DNA from: Octopus bimaculoides | Lineage: Eukaryota | DNA: 64,000 bases | Direction: 5' to 3' | NCBI RefSeq assembly: GCF_001194135.2 | Contig: NC_068982.1 | Location: forward strand, 5,408,296-5,472,295 | Shown: piece by piece, positions 13,857 to 26,177 of the stretch | Position numbering within the stretch: the stretch's first letter is position 1 | Layout of the letters: each line of letters starts with the position of its first letter | Made by a program: the position numbers and the translations under genes | Notes under the pieces: model-generated | The model's input: only the letters and a program-made list of their open reading frames with translations | The model's database searches: none | Told to the model about the DNA's origin: nothing

Positions 13857-14513
13857 CGAGGGGATCTCAAAAATTATCTGCAATTTAACCTTAACATATC
13901 TTTATATTTGTCACACTGCTTTCTGCACATGTGTGCTTATAGTTGGTGCTATTGTGGTCACGTGATCAAAGTTTGAGCTTGATGGCACCATTTTCCTTTC
14001 TGGCTTTACAGTGTAAGCATGGCCACTTCACTAGTAATGTGCACCAAAGAAGAACAAAGAGCAGGGATCTGAGAGATGGTAATGATGAACCGGTTCACCA
14101 TTACCATCTCTTGAGCTTGCTGAATCTTCTAGTCAGTGGTGTCCTGCTCCCTCTTTATGTGTCACACTTGTCCAACCATTTTTAAACTTCTCGATCCACT
14201 CATACACATTTCTACATGGTAGAACACTGTCCCCGTATTGTGCTAAAAGCCTCCAATGAATTTCAACACCTGACACACCTTCCGACCAGAGAAATCAGAT
14301 CACTACTCTTTGTTCTTCTTTGGTGCAGATTGCTAGTGGAATGGCCATGCTTACACTGGAAAGCGAGAGAGAAAATGGCACAATCAGGCTCAAACTTTGA
14401 CCACGTGACCACAATAGTACCAACTAAAGGCACACACACACACAGAAGGCAGTGTGACAATAATAAAGATAGGTTACAGCTAAAAAGTTTGGATAATTTT
14501 TGAATTACCCTCA
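13857..14513. mobile_element. Mariner-derived fold-back element (two inverted 5' ends)
   Basis: TA-flanked termini CGAGGG...AAAAATTATC at both ends with ~220-bp inverted arms. The minus strand encodes a broken mariner HTH: MAIPLAICTKEEQRVVI*FLWSEGVSGVEIH...VYEWIEKFKNG. Confidence 0.8.
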
Positions 14514-15674
14514 TATATCATGGCACTCTGTCGTTTACGACGACGAGAGTCCCAGTTGATCCGATCAATGAAACAGCTTGCTCATGAAATTAACTTGCAA
14601 GTGGTTGAGCACTCCACAGACACATGTACCCTTAACGTAGTTCTCGGGGATATTCAGTGTGACACAGAGTGTGACAAGGCTGGCCCTTTGAAATACAGGC
14701 ACAACAGAAACAGGAAGAAAGAGTAAGAGAAAGTTGTCAATGAATTGCTGCCATAGGTTTTAGTCAAGGATGTCAACCCCAGAACTTATTTTAGACTAGT
14801 ATCAGTTTTAGCAATGTCCAAAAATACAAGACGTGTCCAAACCACACAAGCATGGAAAAAGCAAACATAAAATGTTGATGATGATGATGATATCAATCCA
14901 CTTCTGACCATCTCTGGCTCTGAAATGAACCTTCTCGTTTTAAAATGTCCATTCTTCAGACTTCTCACCATAATTTTATGAAAAAGCCACTTTGTGTTCT
15001 GAATGACAATTTGATAGGGTTAGGGTTAGGGGAAAAGCAAGTTGTTTAACTGACCCTTTCTACATTCCTTGTGTTTTATCTTCAATTTGCTTCAGTCATT
15101 AGACTGCGGCCATGCTGGGGCACCGCCTTGAAGAATTTTTAGTCAAATGAATTGACCCCACAGTTGTTTTTCTTTTTTGAAGCCAGGTACTTATTCTATC
15201 GATCTCTTTTGCTGAACTGCTAAGTTATGGGGATGTAAACACACCAACACCGGTTGTCAAACAGGGGACAAACACAGACACAAAGACACACACGTGCATG
15301 ATGGGCTTCTTTCACTTTCTGTCTAAAAAGTCTACTCACAAGGCTTTGGTTGGCCTAAGGCTATAACAGAAAACACTTGCCCAAGGTGTTGTGCAGTGGG
15401 ACTGAACCCAGAACCATGAGGTTGGGAAGCAAACTTCTTACCACTGAGCCACACCTTGATTATTTTCAAAACAAAATGAAACACAGGCAGTATATATTGT
15501 TAGGATTATGATAAAGAAATGTGTAGGAATAACAACAACAGGTCTCAAAATTTCGTATAAAAATTTGCTAACCTGTAGAAGGAGTTCACCTATCGTAACA
15601 GGAAATTAGGTAAAAAATCTAAGTTAGAAGGAAAAGAAAATTCAAAAAAAAAAAAACAAAAAAATGATACTTAC

Positions 15675-15785
15675 AGTAAATTTTCCAAAATTTATTAAAC
15701 CTGGATATGTCAACTCCCAAGGATGGAATTTTATATAACTTCGGACTATATTAAGTGTAAATGTTGATATCATTGAACAGAAAAA
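15675..15785 (-). CDS. CLCN7: CLCN7 exon, [37 protein letters not shown] (111 nt)
   Basis: Acceptor ttttccag| and donor ACT|GTAAGT. Matches human [12 protein letters not shown]...PGLINFGRF. Confidence 0.96.
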
Positions 15786-17550
15786 CTGGAAAAAGAAAAT
15801 TATATATAAAAGTGTGTGTGATGGCATTTGAATTGAAAAGGAGAGAACTTTATAATCTTAATACATGAATGTATAGAATGGTATTGCAGTTAAGGTGTTG
15901 GAATCCTAACCACCTGGTCGTTAGTTCAAAAAATTACTTCACCTGTTATATTGTGCTTTTGAGCAGGGCACATAACAATCAGTCCCAGCTTCCCTGATGG
16001 ACAGGAAGGCTCCTGTTTTTTTTACTTCAAAGTCGAACAGGTTACTGTTAAGAGCATCCAACTTGAAACACAACTGCACAAGCAAATTTAATTTTCAATA
16101 GGAAATTTAATAGGAAAGGAGATGCAAATGTTTACAAGGGTTATACAGCAATGAAACTCTGCAGGCTCTGCCCTCTTGGTCATGAAAAGAAATTTCAAAA
16201 CAAATAGTAAGACTGTAGGAAAAATGAAGAAAGGTGAATGGTGTGTCAACCAGTGAAAATTGATAAAGTAATTGTGACTGGGCATTGTTCTAGGTCTGCA
16301 GATCATTTGATACATATATCTGAGAACCAACCTGCTAACAGAAGCATAGAGTAGACACCTTCTCGTGGCCAGTGATGCGTAAAAAATGTCATGGCAAACC
16401 ACCTTTTGCTATGTTCCATGAACTGGTAACATTCCTTGCTGATCAGAAAATATGATGCCAGAATGCTGTATTTTGTCCCTCTGCAGCTGGAGGATTAAAG
16501 ACCTACGATAGAAATGAAATGCAAAAGACCTAGAGCCTTGTTTCATGCAAACACAACAGACTATGTCAGAGTTTGTGTTAAGTCACAGTCTGGTTGGAAA
16601 CGATGTCTATCATATTATTATTATTATTATTCTTTTCTACTCTTGGCATATGGCCTGAAATTTTTGGGGAGGAGGCCAGTCGATTAGATCAACCCCAGTA
16701 CGCAACTGGTACTTAATTTATCGACCCCGATAGGATGAAAGGCAAAGTTGACCTCGGCGGAATTTGAACTCAGAGCATAAAGACAGACGAAATACCACTC
16801 AACATTTTACCCGGCGTGCTAACGTTTCTGCCAGCTCGCTGCCTTATCATATTATTATTAACCACAAAATTATTAACCATCAGCCAACAACCACCTTGAG
16901 TAACTTTTTGAGCTCCAAGTGTCTAACACGTACACAGATTACAAGGTAAATGTCCAAACGAGAATAGTAGTGACATATACACATGAATATAGACAACATT
17001 AGTTTGAAATTTTGGCAGAGGGCCAGTAATTTGAGGGAGAGGAGTTAAGTTGATTACATCAATCCCCAGTGTTCAACTGGTACTTATTTTATCAACCCTG
17101 AAAGGACGAAAGGCAAAGTTGACCTTGGTGGAATTTGAGCTTAGAATGTAAAAACGGGCAAAATGTCATTAAGCGTTTTGCCCAGCTGGCAGAACTGTCA
17201 ACAGGCAAAATGCCTTTATATTGAGACAATGTAATCTGGAATCATAAAGCAGGGAGATGGCAGAATCAGAAACATGGTGGACAAAATGCTTAGCAGCATT
17301 TCTTCCAACTTTACATTCTGAGTTCAAATGCCACTAGGGTCAACTTTGTCTTTCCTTCTTTCATGGTCAATAAAATAAGTACCAGTTGAGCACTGGGGGA
17401 GGGGATGGGTCGATATAATTGACTTATCCACTTCCCTGAAACTGCTGGCCTTGTGCCATGATTTGAAATCAATTTTATGTGGAATCATGTGATCACACAA
17501 ATACTTGAAAAATCACATTTATACAACTACAAGTTCACACACCAACACAC

Positions 17551-17900
17551 AGAATCACATGTTCACATAACAACATAGAGAGTCACATGTTCATATAACA
17601 TAGGGAGTCACATGTTCACATAACAGCATAGAGAAGTCGTATTCAGGCAACATAGGGAGTCACATATTCACACAACAGAGGGAATCCCCTGTTCACACAA
17701 CACAGGGAACCTCCTATTCACACAGCATAGGGAATCCCCTGTTCACACAACACAAGGAATCCCCTGTCTACACAACACAGGGAATCTCCTGTTCACACAA
17801 CACAGGGAATCTCCTGTTCACACAACACAGGGAATCTCCTGTTCACACAACACAGGGAATCTCCTGTTCACACAACACAGGGAATCCCCTGTTCACACAA
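17551..17900. repeat. 25-bp minisatellite, about 14 units (GTTCACACAACACAGGGAATCTCCT)
   Basis: Units are nearly identical at the right end and progressively more diverged to the left. Confidence 0.92.
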
Positions 17901-17980
17901 AAACACTTGATATCACACGCAACGAACAATGAACCAGAACTGACAAAAACTAGAGTCTAGAAAGCAAAGTGGTAACTAAC

Positions 17981-18139
17981 AATTTTCCACGTAAGGGCCT
18001 GGTTCCAGAAGCTAGCACCTTCCTCCAAGCTGAAGAGAACACCACCAACGGGGGCACCAAAAGCAGCAGCTACACCTGCAGCAGCACCTCCTGACACAAA
18101 ATCTCTCTTCTCAGTATCTGTACGGAAGAATTCAAATAC
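17981..18139 (-). CDS. CLCN7: CLCN7 exon, [53 protein letters not shown] (159 nt)
   Basis: Acceptor tttacag| and donor ATT|GTTAGT. LEEG retains the internal proton glutamate typical of CLC antiporters. Confidence 0.97.
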
Positions 18140-18824
18140 CTGTAAATAGAAGAAGAAAAGACAACAGGTTAATTAATCAAGGTTTTGTTGTCATCAAGAA
18201 AAACATAAAGAGACTTTTGTAATACAAAGCGTCAGAGGAACGACAGAATGTGACGAGAGAAGCTGAAAATTTGAGAAGTCCCTTATAGTCATTTTCACTT
18301 GTAAAATTCTTTACATAAAGCTTTAAGAATCAAAATTAATATTAAAGAAATAACTTCTTTGAAATAAGTATTATAATAAGGATTTAAAATATAGGGAACA
18401 GTGCCAGAAACTTAACAAGTGGGAACACTGAAATCTAACGATGACTTTGTTCTCTTTTTAGGAATACTTTTCCTGTCATCAGTCCATCATGGCATGAGCT
18501 GCATGAACTTGTTGGTGAGTCAGGTCAGCTCTTTTGAAGCTCTCTTTACAGATGGTCATCTTTAGTAGATAAAAGCTTGAACTTTTATGACGCTTTTGGA
18601 GTCTCAGGAGAACAAACTTGAAATTCTGAGAAACCTAAAATCTCCAATCTGATCTGGCAAGGTTTCTACAGCTAGATGCCTTTCCTAACACTAACCACTC
18701 AGAGAGTATAGTGGGTGCTTTTTACATGCCACTGGCATGAGGGCCAGTCAGGCAGTACTGGCATCGACCATGGATCCATCTTGGGTTATGGGCTTTGTGC
18801 TTCTTAGGGAAATGTTAACCCACA

Positions 18825-19027
18825 TCTGGCCAAAATTTTCTACTTCTTTTTTTTATGGTCATAACAAGCAGATCTAGTCTTTCACACCTACTTTACAATG
18901 TCATTCTAAAAATAAACAACCATATCATTAAAACCTCAAAGCTACAAGATAATGCACGATTAATACAAAACAATATGAATAGATAAGCTTTACATTTAGC
19001 AGAATAATCTGAATGCTAAAGGGTTAA
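18825..19027. mobile_element. TTAA-type MITE, third family (related copies ~21612-21830, ~33480-33690, ~33900-34720 interrupted)
   Basis: Terminus GAATCTGAATGCTAAAGGG|TTAA and shared internal CTACAATGTCATTCTAAAAATAA. Confidence 0.6.
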
Positions 19028-19053
19028 GCAAAAAAATAAATTGAAGTACTTAC

Positions 19054-19137
19054 ATTTAAATCAAATCGAAGTGATGATGATCTGCCTTGTGATATTCCTG
19101 CAGCAACAACTGCCCCTGAATGAATCATGGGACCTTC
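19054..19137 (-). CDS. CLCN7: CLCN7 exon, [28 protein letters not shown] (84 nt)
   Basis: Acceptor ctccag|GAA and donor AAT|GTAAGT. The gating glutamate of GK|EGP is the first codon. Confidence 0.97.
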
Positions 19138-19479
19138 CTGGAGGAGTGGATGTGCAAATATTCATTAAGTTATGTATGCAAAAACATTATACACGGGTGT
19201 AGGTGAATGTATGTGTATATCAATGTATGCATATGAGAGTGTGCATGTGTGTGTGTTCATTGTTTAACGTCCATTTTCCATGCTGGCATGGGTTGGACGG
19301 TTTGACTGAGGTCTGGCAAGCCAGAAGGCTGCACCAGGCTCCAATCTGATCTGGCAATGTTTCTACAGTTGGATGCCCTTCCTATCACCAACCAGTCTGA
19401 GAGTGTAGTGGGTGCTTTTTACGTGCCACCAGCACAGGAGCCAGTTGGTAGGGTGTGTATATACATGTAAATATGTGTA

Positions 19480-20375
19480 CAAAGTGGTATCAGAAAGTTC
19501 TTGGACTAGTTCTGTAGTTCACAGACAGATGGCACCACACAACTGCATGTACTGTGAGAGTTAGCAGTGACCTTCATGCGGCAGTGTGCCAAGTGACATC
19601 ACTGTGTTTACTTCACAGGTTGTGAAATTTGTGTTATTTCGTGATCCTGTGTATGCCGTAGTCTGCTATTTTGTAATGGACAGGAAATTGGAACAAAGAG
19701 CTAACGTGAAATTTTGCATCAGATTAGGGAACTACAGAAACATTGAGCATGCTATGGTGATGAGGCAATGGGTCATATACAAGGTGTCAAGTGGTACAGA
19801 GGTTTCAAGAGTGGAAGAACATCCCTGGAAGATGATGAGGCAATCTGGAAGACCTGTCGTGAGTGAGTGCCACACCTGGAAATGCAGAGAAAATTCATCA
19901 GCTTGTGCAGGAGGATCGTCAGAGGACAATCGACAACGTTTTGAAGCATTTGAGGGAGGACATTTGGTGCAAGTGACCAGATCTGTGGATCGTGAAGAAT
20001 CGGGTCCTCCACGATGACAATGCACCCTGACACTGAACGCTCCTCACTCGTGAGTCTCTCACCAAAAATAACAGGGTATCCCTTCCACACTCACCCTATT
20101 CACCCAATTTAGCATCTGCAGACTTCCATCTCTTCCCCACAATGAAAATGCAGCTCAAAAGGTTGCCGTTTTAACACCATTGCCGAGATCAGGTGCGAAC
20201 TGCAGAATGTCCTGGACTTACAGAAAGCGACTTCCAGGCTGGATTCCAAAAATGGCAGGAACGCTGGGACCAGTGTATTGTTGTGCAAGGTGGCTATTTT
20301 GAAGGAGATGATGTTAAAACGTAAGTTATTTTTTAGTAAACATAAGTAATCCAGGAACTTTTTGATGCCACTTTA
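19480..20375 (+). mobile_element. Internally deleted mariner transposon
   Basis: ~28-bp imperfect TIRs (CAAAGTGGTATCAGAAAGTTCTTGGACT) with TA TSD. Encodes MDRKLEQRANVKFC, LHDDNAP*H and PYSPNLASADFHLFP relics. Confidence 0.88.
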
Positions 20376-20948
20376 TATATAGGTGAGTGTGTAGTGTAAG
20401 TCTATTTATAAAGTTTCATGACACAAAAGCACTGACCTAAGTTATGGAAGGCTTGAATTTCCTTATTTTCAGTGCTTTCAACATTTGAAATACACACAGT
20501 AATGTTCAATGGAGTGGATATTAACCTTAGGTTAACAAAGTAAGGGAGACAATTCTAAATGTTTTCCACATTATTACACTTCATCAGTAGAAGGTTAGCC
20601 TTCACCATTCCTTCCTGTCATTGTTGTTATTTGTTCTTTACTTTGCACGAGTGTGTGTAGTACAAAAAAAATCAAAAAATCTAATGATGCTAGGAAATGA
20701 GTTTATTTGATGATTAAATTAGGAAGAGATACTGACCAGGTGTTTAAGTAATAAAAAGGTGGGTTTGATTATTTTCAGGATTGTCAACAACAGAAATAAC
20801 CAGAGCAAGATATGGCACCAGCATGAGTGCTTTTTACACGGAAACTACAAACATGTAAGCCTTTGCGTGCATGCATGTGGACACAGACACACACACAGAA
20901 AGGCTACATGCATGTAAAATAAGAATATTGTAAAATTCAGTGCCTTAC

Positions 20949-21092
20949 CTTTCCAACAGCCAAACCTCCTGCCACAGCACACACCACGCCAAACACTTTC
21001 ACCACTAATGTCTTCAGGCGTACGACTCTAGGAACTTTTACTCCATTTAGGAAACATTTGATTTGGGGGATCCCACTTCCAGATGCAACAGG
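20949..21092 (-). CDS. CLCN7: CLCN7 exon, [48 protein letters not shown] (144 nt)
   Basis: Acceptor ttttgtag| and donor AAG|GTAAGG. GSGIP selectivity-filter motif with the serine of the Cl--selective type. Confidence 0.97.
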
Positions 21093-22313
21093 CTACAAAA
21101 GAAAATCAATACATTAAAAGTGGCAGATCAGTTTGAAACTTAAGATAATTGTTTAGCATTCATGTGGTTCTAAGTTACATCCAACTCTGTGGGATCTTGC
21201 ACAACTTTCGTCCACGAAAACCTAAGAGCAAAACATGAGGAGTGAAATTTGATAGACAGAAATTGTGCTGAAGCCAATACATAGAAGAATTGTCTTCTGC
21301 TTTGGTTGTCTCCCTTTATAGCCATTTTACTGTCTTTCTTCCTTGATATCTTTCCACCAATATTCATCATCATCATCGTTTAACATCTGCTTTCCATGAT
21401 AGCATGGGTTGGACGATTTGACTGAGGACTGGTGAACCAGATTGCTACACCAGGCTCCAATCTGTTTCTCCAGTTTCCTAAACACTACTATTCTGCTTGG
21501 TTTTAATTATGAGACCTCTTTCAAGGATACAGTCAACAACATCAACGCTAGTACTTGACTCATTTTGTGGACAGAGGAAAAACGAAAGCCAAAGTTGAGA
21601 TAGAGTCAGATTTAACCCTTCAGCATTCAGATTATTCTATCAAATCTAATCCTTATTTATTCCCATTGTTTTGAGTTAATCCTGCTTTATTTCATGATTT
21701 TGAGATTTCGATGATGTGATTGTTTATTTTTAAAATGACATTGTAGGATAGGTGTGAAAGACTAGATCTGGCCAGGTTGAACAGAAAATAGGTAGAATAT
21801 TTTGCCTTGATATGACCAGATTAAATGCTAATGCTGTGGTTCTCAACTGGGGCACATATGACCCTTGGGGGTCCATATAAAATTTTGCTGTTAAAATTAT
21901 GTCCAATAAAGTGGTTATTCTTCTAGAATACACAAAATTTTTTTAGTTTTTTTTTTTATACAATTCCTAATAATTTTATTGTGTCTGGGGAGAGTCGTTC
22001 TGTTTTAATGCCTTATTAACACATTGAAGGCAGTGCTCCAGCATGGCTGCAGTCAGAATGACTGACACAGGTAAAAGAACATAATTAAGGGATCAGCAAC
22101 AGTTGCTTCACCACATACCGAAGTTCAGAAATAGCAGCTAAAGTGCTGATTTTCTGCGGTATTGCTTGTGACGCACATGGTAATTCTCGAGGAGGGATAA
22201 GAACTGGCTGGCCTATGTAGGTTCGGAGATGGTTTCATATTGTGCTGATGCACGATGTCGCTCGGTCGTGCATGCACACTTGCCAGCATCGTCGAATTTG
22301 CAAAACTGGAATA

Positions 22314-22371
22314 TCATACTGATGAGGAAATGAAAAGTCTTTACTTTTCTAAGCCAGAAACGCGTATATAA
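22314..22371 (+). ncRNA. Hammerhead motif with a long helix II
   Basis: ATA-CTGATGA-GG(aaat)GAAAAGT(cttt)ACTTTTC(taag)CC-A-GAAA-CGC-GTA|TAT. Palindrome ACGCGT; helix I is only 3 bp. Confidence 0.5.
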
Positions 22372-24452
22372 GTAACTAAGACTAGTTTAGTTTGTTATTT
22401 NNNNNNNNNNNNNNNNNNNNNNNNNNNNNNNNNNNNNNNNNNNNNNNNNNNNNNNNNNNNNNNNNNNNNNNNNNNNNNNNNNNNNNNNNNNNNNNNNNNN
22501 NNNNNNNNNNNNNNNNNNNNNNNNNNNNNNNNNNNNNNNNNNNNNNNNNNNNNNNNNNNNNNNNNNNNNNNNNNNNNNNNNNNNNNNNNNNNNNNNNNNN
22601 NNNNNNNNNNNNNNNNNNNNNNNNNNNNNNNNNNNNNNNNNNNNNNNNNNNNNNNNNNNNNNNNNNNNNNNNNNNNNNNNNNNNNNNNNNNNNNNNNNNN
22701 NNNNNNNNNNNNNNNNNNNNNNNNNNNNNNNNNNNNNNNNNNNNNNNNNNNNNNNNNNNNNNNNNNNNNNNNNNNNNNNNNNNNNNNNNNNNNNNNNNNN
22801 NNNNNNNNNNNNNNNNNNNNNNNNNNNNNNNNNNNNNNNNNNNNNNNNNNNNNNNNNNNNNNNNNNNNNNNNNNNNNNNNNNNNNNNNNNNNNNNNNNNN
22901 NNNNNNNNNNNNNNNNNNNNNNNNNNNNNNNNNNNNNNNNNNNNNNNNNNNNNNNNNNNNNNNNNNNNNNNNNNNNNNNNNNNNNNNNNNNNNNNNNNNN
23001 NNNNNNNNNNNNNNNNNNNNNNNNNNNNNNNNNNNNNNNNNNNNNNNNNNNNNNNNNNNNNNNNNNNNNNNNNNNNNNNNNNNNNNNNNNNNNNNNNNNN
23101 NNNNNNNNNNNNNNNNNNNNNNNNNNNNNNNNNNNNNNNNNNNNNNNNNNNNNNNNNNNNNNNNNNNNNNNNNNNNNNNNNNNNNNNNNNNATATATATA
23201 TATATATACCCTTTTAGGTTGGGGGGTTCTGAAAAGGGTCTCAGGGAGTAGTGTCTCTGCCTTCCTGAGCTAGTTTTACATTACATTTGTTAAAATTTGT
23301 GGTAGAGGCCTTGGTCTCGGGACCACTCATGTCTAGAAACTGAGGTTGGGGGTAACCAAGGGCATGGTCCCTGTAGAAAACCCAGCTCCAAAAAAAGCCT
23401 CATGATAGCAAGGGTGAATGGGCACCAGCCAGCCTAAAGACTGAGGTGGGCTACCCCTGTCTACCTCGGTTGCTATGGCATTTGAAGTAGATCTGGCCAC
23501 CCCCGTTAACAGGGACAAAACCCAGATTTAAAACACTGGATAATGATGATGATGTATATACCTTTTTAATTGTTTCTATTACTTGACTGTGGCTATGCTG
23601 GAGCACCACCTTTAATCAAACAAATCAACCCCAGGACTTATTCTTTGTAAGCCTAGTACTTATTCTATTGGTTTCATTTGCCAAACTGCTAAATTATGGA
23701 GATGTAAACACACCAACATCAGTTGTCAAGTGGTGGGAACACAGACACAAATACACATATACATACAACAGGCTTCTTTCAGTTTCCATCTACCAAATCC
23801 ACTCACATGGATTTGGTATCATGAAGTGGGACTGAACCAGGAACCATGTGGTTGGAAGCAAGATTCTTACCATACAGCCACTCCTGTCGTACGTGTGTGT
23901 GTGTATATATATATATNNNNNNNNNNNNNNNNNNNNNNNNNNNNNNNNNNNNNNNNNNNNNNNNNNNNNNNNNNNNNNNNNNNNNNNNNNNNNNNNNNNN
24001 NNNNNNNNNNNNNNNNNNNNNNNNNNNNNNNNNNNNNNNNNNNNNNNNNNNNNNNNNNNNNNNNNNNNNNNNNNNNNNNNNNNNNNNNNNNNNNNNNNNN
24101 NNNNNNNNNNNNNNNNNNNNNNNNNNNNNNNNNNNNNNNNNNNNNNNNNNNNNNNNNNNNNNNNNNNNNNNNNNNNNNNNNNNNNNNNNNNNNNNNNNNN
24201 NNNNNNNNNNNNNNNNNNNNNNNNNNNNNNNNNNNNNNNNNNNNNNNNNNNNNNNNNNNNNNNNNNNNNNNNNNNATACACATACAACAGACTTCTTTCA
24301 GTTTCGATCTGCCAAACCCACCCGCGAGGCTTTGGTTGGGCCGAGGCTATAGTAGAGGACACTTTCCCAAGGTGCCACGCAATGGGACTGAATCCGGAAC
24401 TATGTGGCTAGTAAGCAAGCTTCTTACCACATAGCCACGCCTGTTGTGTGCA

Positions 24453-24491
<39 letters not shown>

Positions 24492-25574
24492 GTAATATAA
24501 TATGTGACAATTATCTGTAATATGTGTGTATGTATGTCTATCTCTTCTCTATTCCTCACATTTCTTGTTTTTCATGTTTTTTATGCTTTTCTCTCCCTTC
24601 CCACTCCTGCAGCCCAACCCTATTCTTAATACCCTTCCCACTGAATCATTGCTATCCTGTTGCCCGCCACTCTCCTCTATATACCCAGGTTTCACCAGTT
24701 ATTGCATTCCTCACCCCTTCTTTGCATTCCTGTGAATTTCCTATTTCTTTACTAATGCACCCTTGGCAATACCATGTTCTTCGTTTTTTTTGTTTGTTTG
24801 TTTTTTTGTCTTTATTGGTGTACACATTTCCTAGCTTTCTTACAAAGGGGTCTAATGCTCTTAGCTTAGACTTTTTTGGGGACAACCAGATCGAACCATA
24901 CCATCCCATTTATATTCTCATCCTCATACTTTGAGGGTATGCCCTGCTGCATCGCCACCATCTCTCTTTTTCTCACTCTCTTTCACCTTTGCTCACTTCC
25001 ACTGCCACCCCTTCTCTCTCTCTTCCATCTGGGGTAACCATGTATCACCTCTAACAGAAAGACACCCATTTCTGTCCCTCTGTTACACCCTAACCTCTCA
25101 TCACCGGGCACAAGGCCACCGTCTCCAATACACACCCCACTTCTCAAAGGATCTTTGTTTTGAGAGTCACTCAGTGACCCCACTGGTGCTGGTGCCACAA
25201 AAAAGCTTCCTAGTCCATACTGTAAAGTGGTTGGCAATAAGGAAGGGCATCCAGCCATACAAGAATCATGTCCAAACAAACCCCACTGGGGCTGGTGCCA
25301 CATAAAAAGCTCTCGGTTCACTCTGTAAAATGGTTGGCATTAGGAAGGAGAAAGAGAAAGCCAGGTGTAAAAACTATACCAAAACACAAAAATGGAACCT
25401 GGGGCAGTCTTCTGGTTTGCCAGTTCCTGTCAAACTATCTAACCCATGCCAGCATGGAAAACAGATGCTAAATGATGCCGATGAGATTATATATATATAT
25501 GTGTGTATATGTAAATATATAAAAACAAAAAGATAAAGAGAGCAAAGGTAAGGTTGAAGAATTTTATGGATAGA

Positions 25575-25623
25575 ATCTTACAGCTGTTTCTGGGAAGATC
25601 CAGTACTTCCCTTCATCGGAGAC
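25575..25623 (-). ncRNA. Minimal hammerhead motif with a CCGAUGA core variant
   Basis: GUCU-CCGAUGA-A-GGGAAG(uacuggau)CUUCCC-A-GAAA-CAGCU-GUA|AGAU, with palindrome ACAGCUGU. Confidence 0.6.
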
Positions 25624-25675
25624 AGAAAAATAAAGTAATCTATTATTATATCCATAGGCGGATATTTTTAGTATG

Positions 25676-25714
<39 letters not shown>

Positions 25715-26177
25715 GTGCACATGCAAACACAAACACATGCACACACAAACACAAACACATGCATTAGGAAGGGCAGCCAAAAGTAGACGCCATGCCAATA
25801 GAAACAAATGGAGGCCTGGTGCAGCTCTTTGGTTTGCCAATTCCTGTTGAACAGTCTGACCCATGCCAGCATGGAAAATGGTCATTAAATAATGATTAGG
25901 ATAATGATGATGATGATTATAATATATTTGCTTCCCAACCACATGGTTCTGGGTTCAGTCCCACTGTGTGGAACCTTGGGCAAGTATCTTCTACTATAGC
26001 CTCAAGCCAACCAAAGCCTTGGGAGTGGATTTCGTAGACAGAAACTGAAAGAAGTCTATCATGTGTGTATGTTTCTGTCCCTGTAACTCAGTGGTTCAGC
26101 ATAAGAGATTGACAGAATAAGTACCACACTTAAAAAGAATTACATGGCACAAACAGGGGTGTTTTTTATGTGACAGC

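Noticed and set aside
15015-15031. Interstitial telomeric repeat (TTAGGG)
   Set aside because: Fewer than three units; expected by chance.
17551-17900. CRISPR-like regular repeat
   Set aside because: Units are contiguous with no unique spacers; context is a eukaryotic intron with no cas genes.
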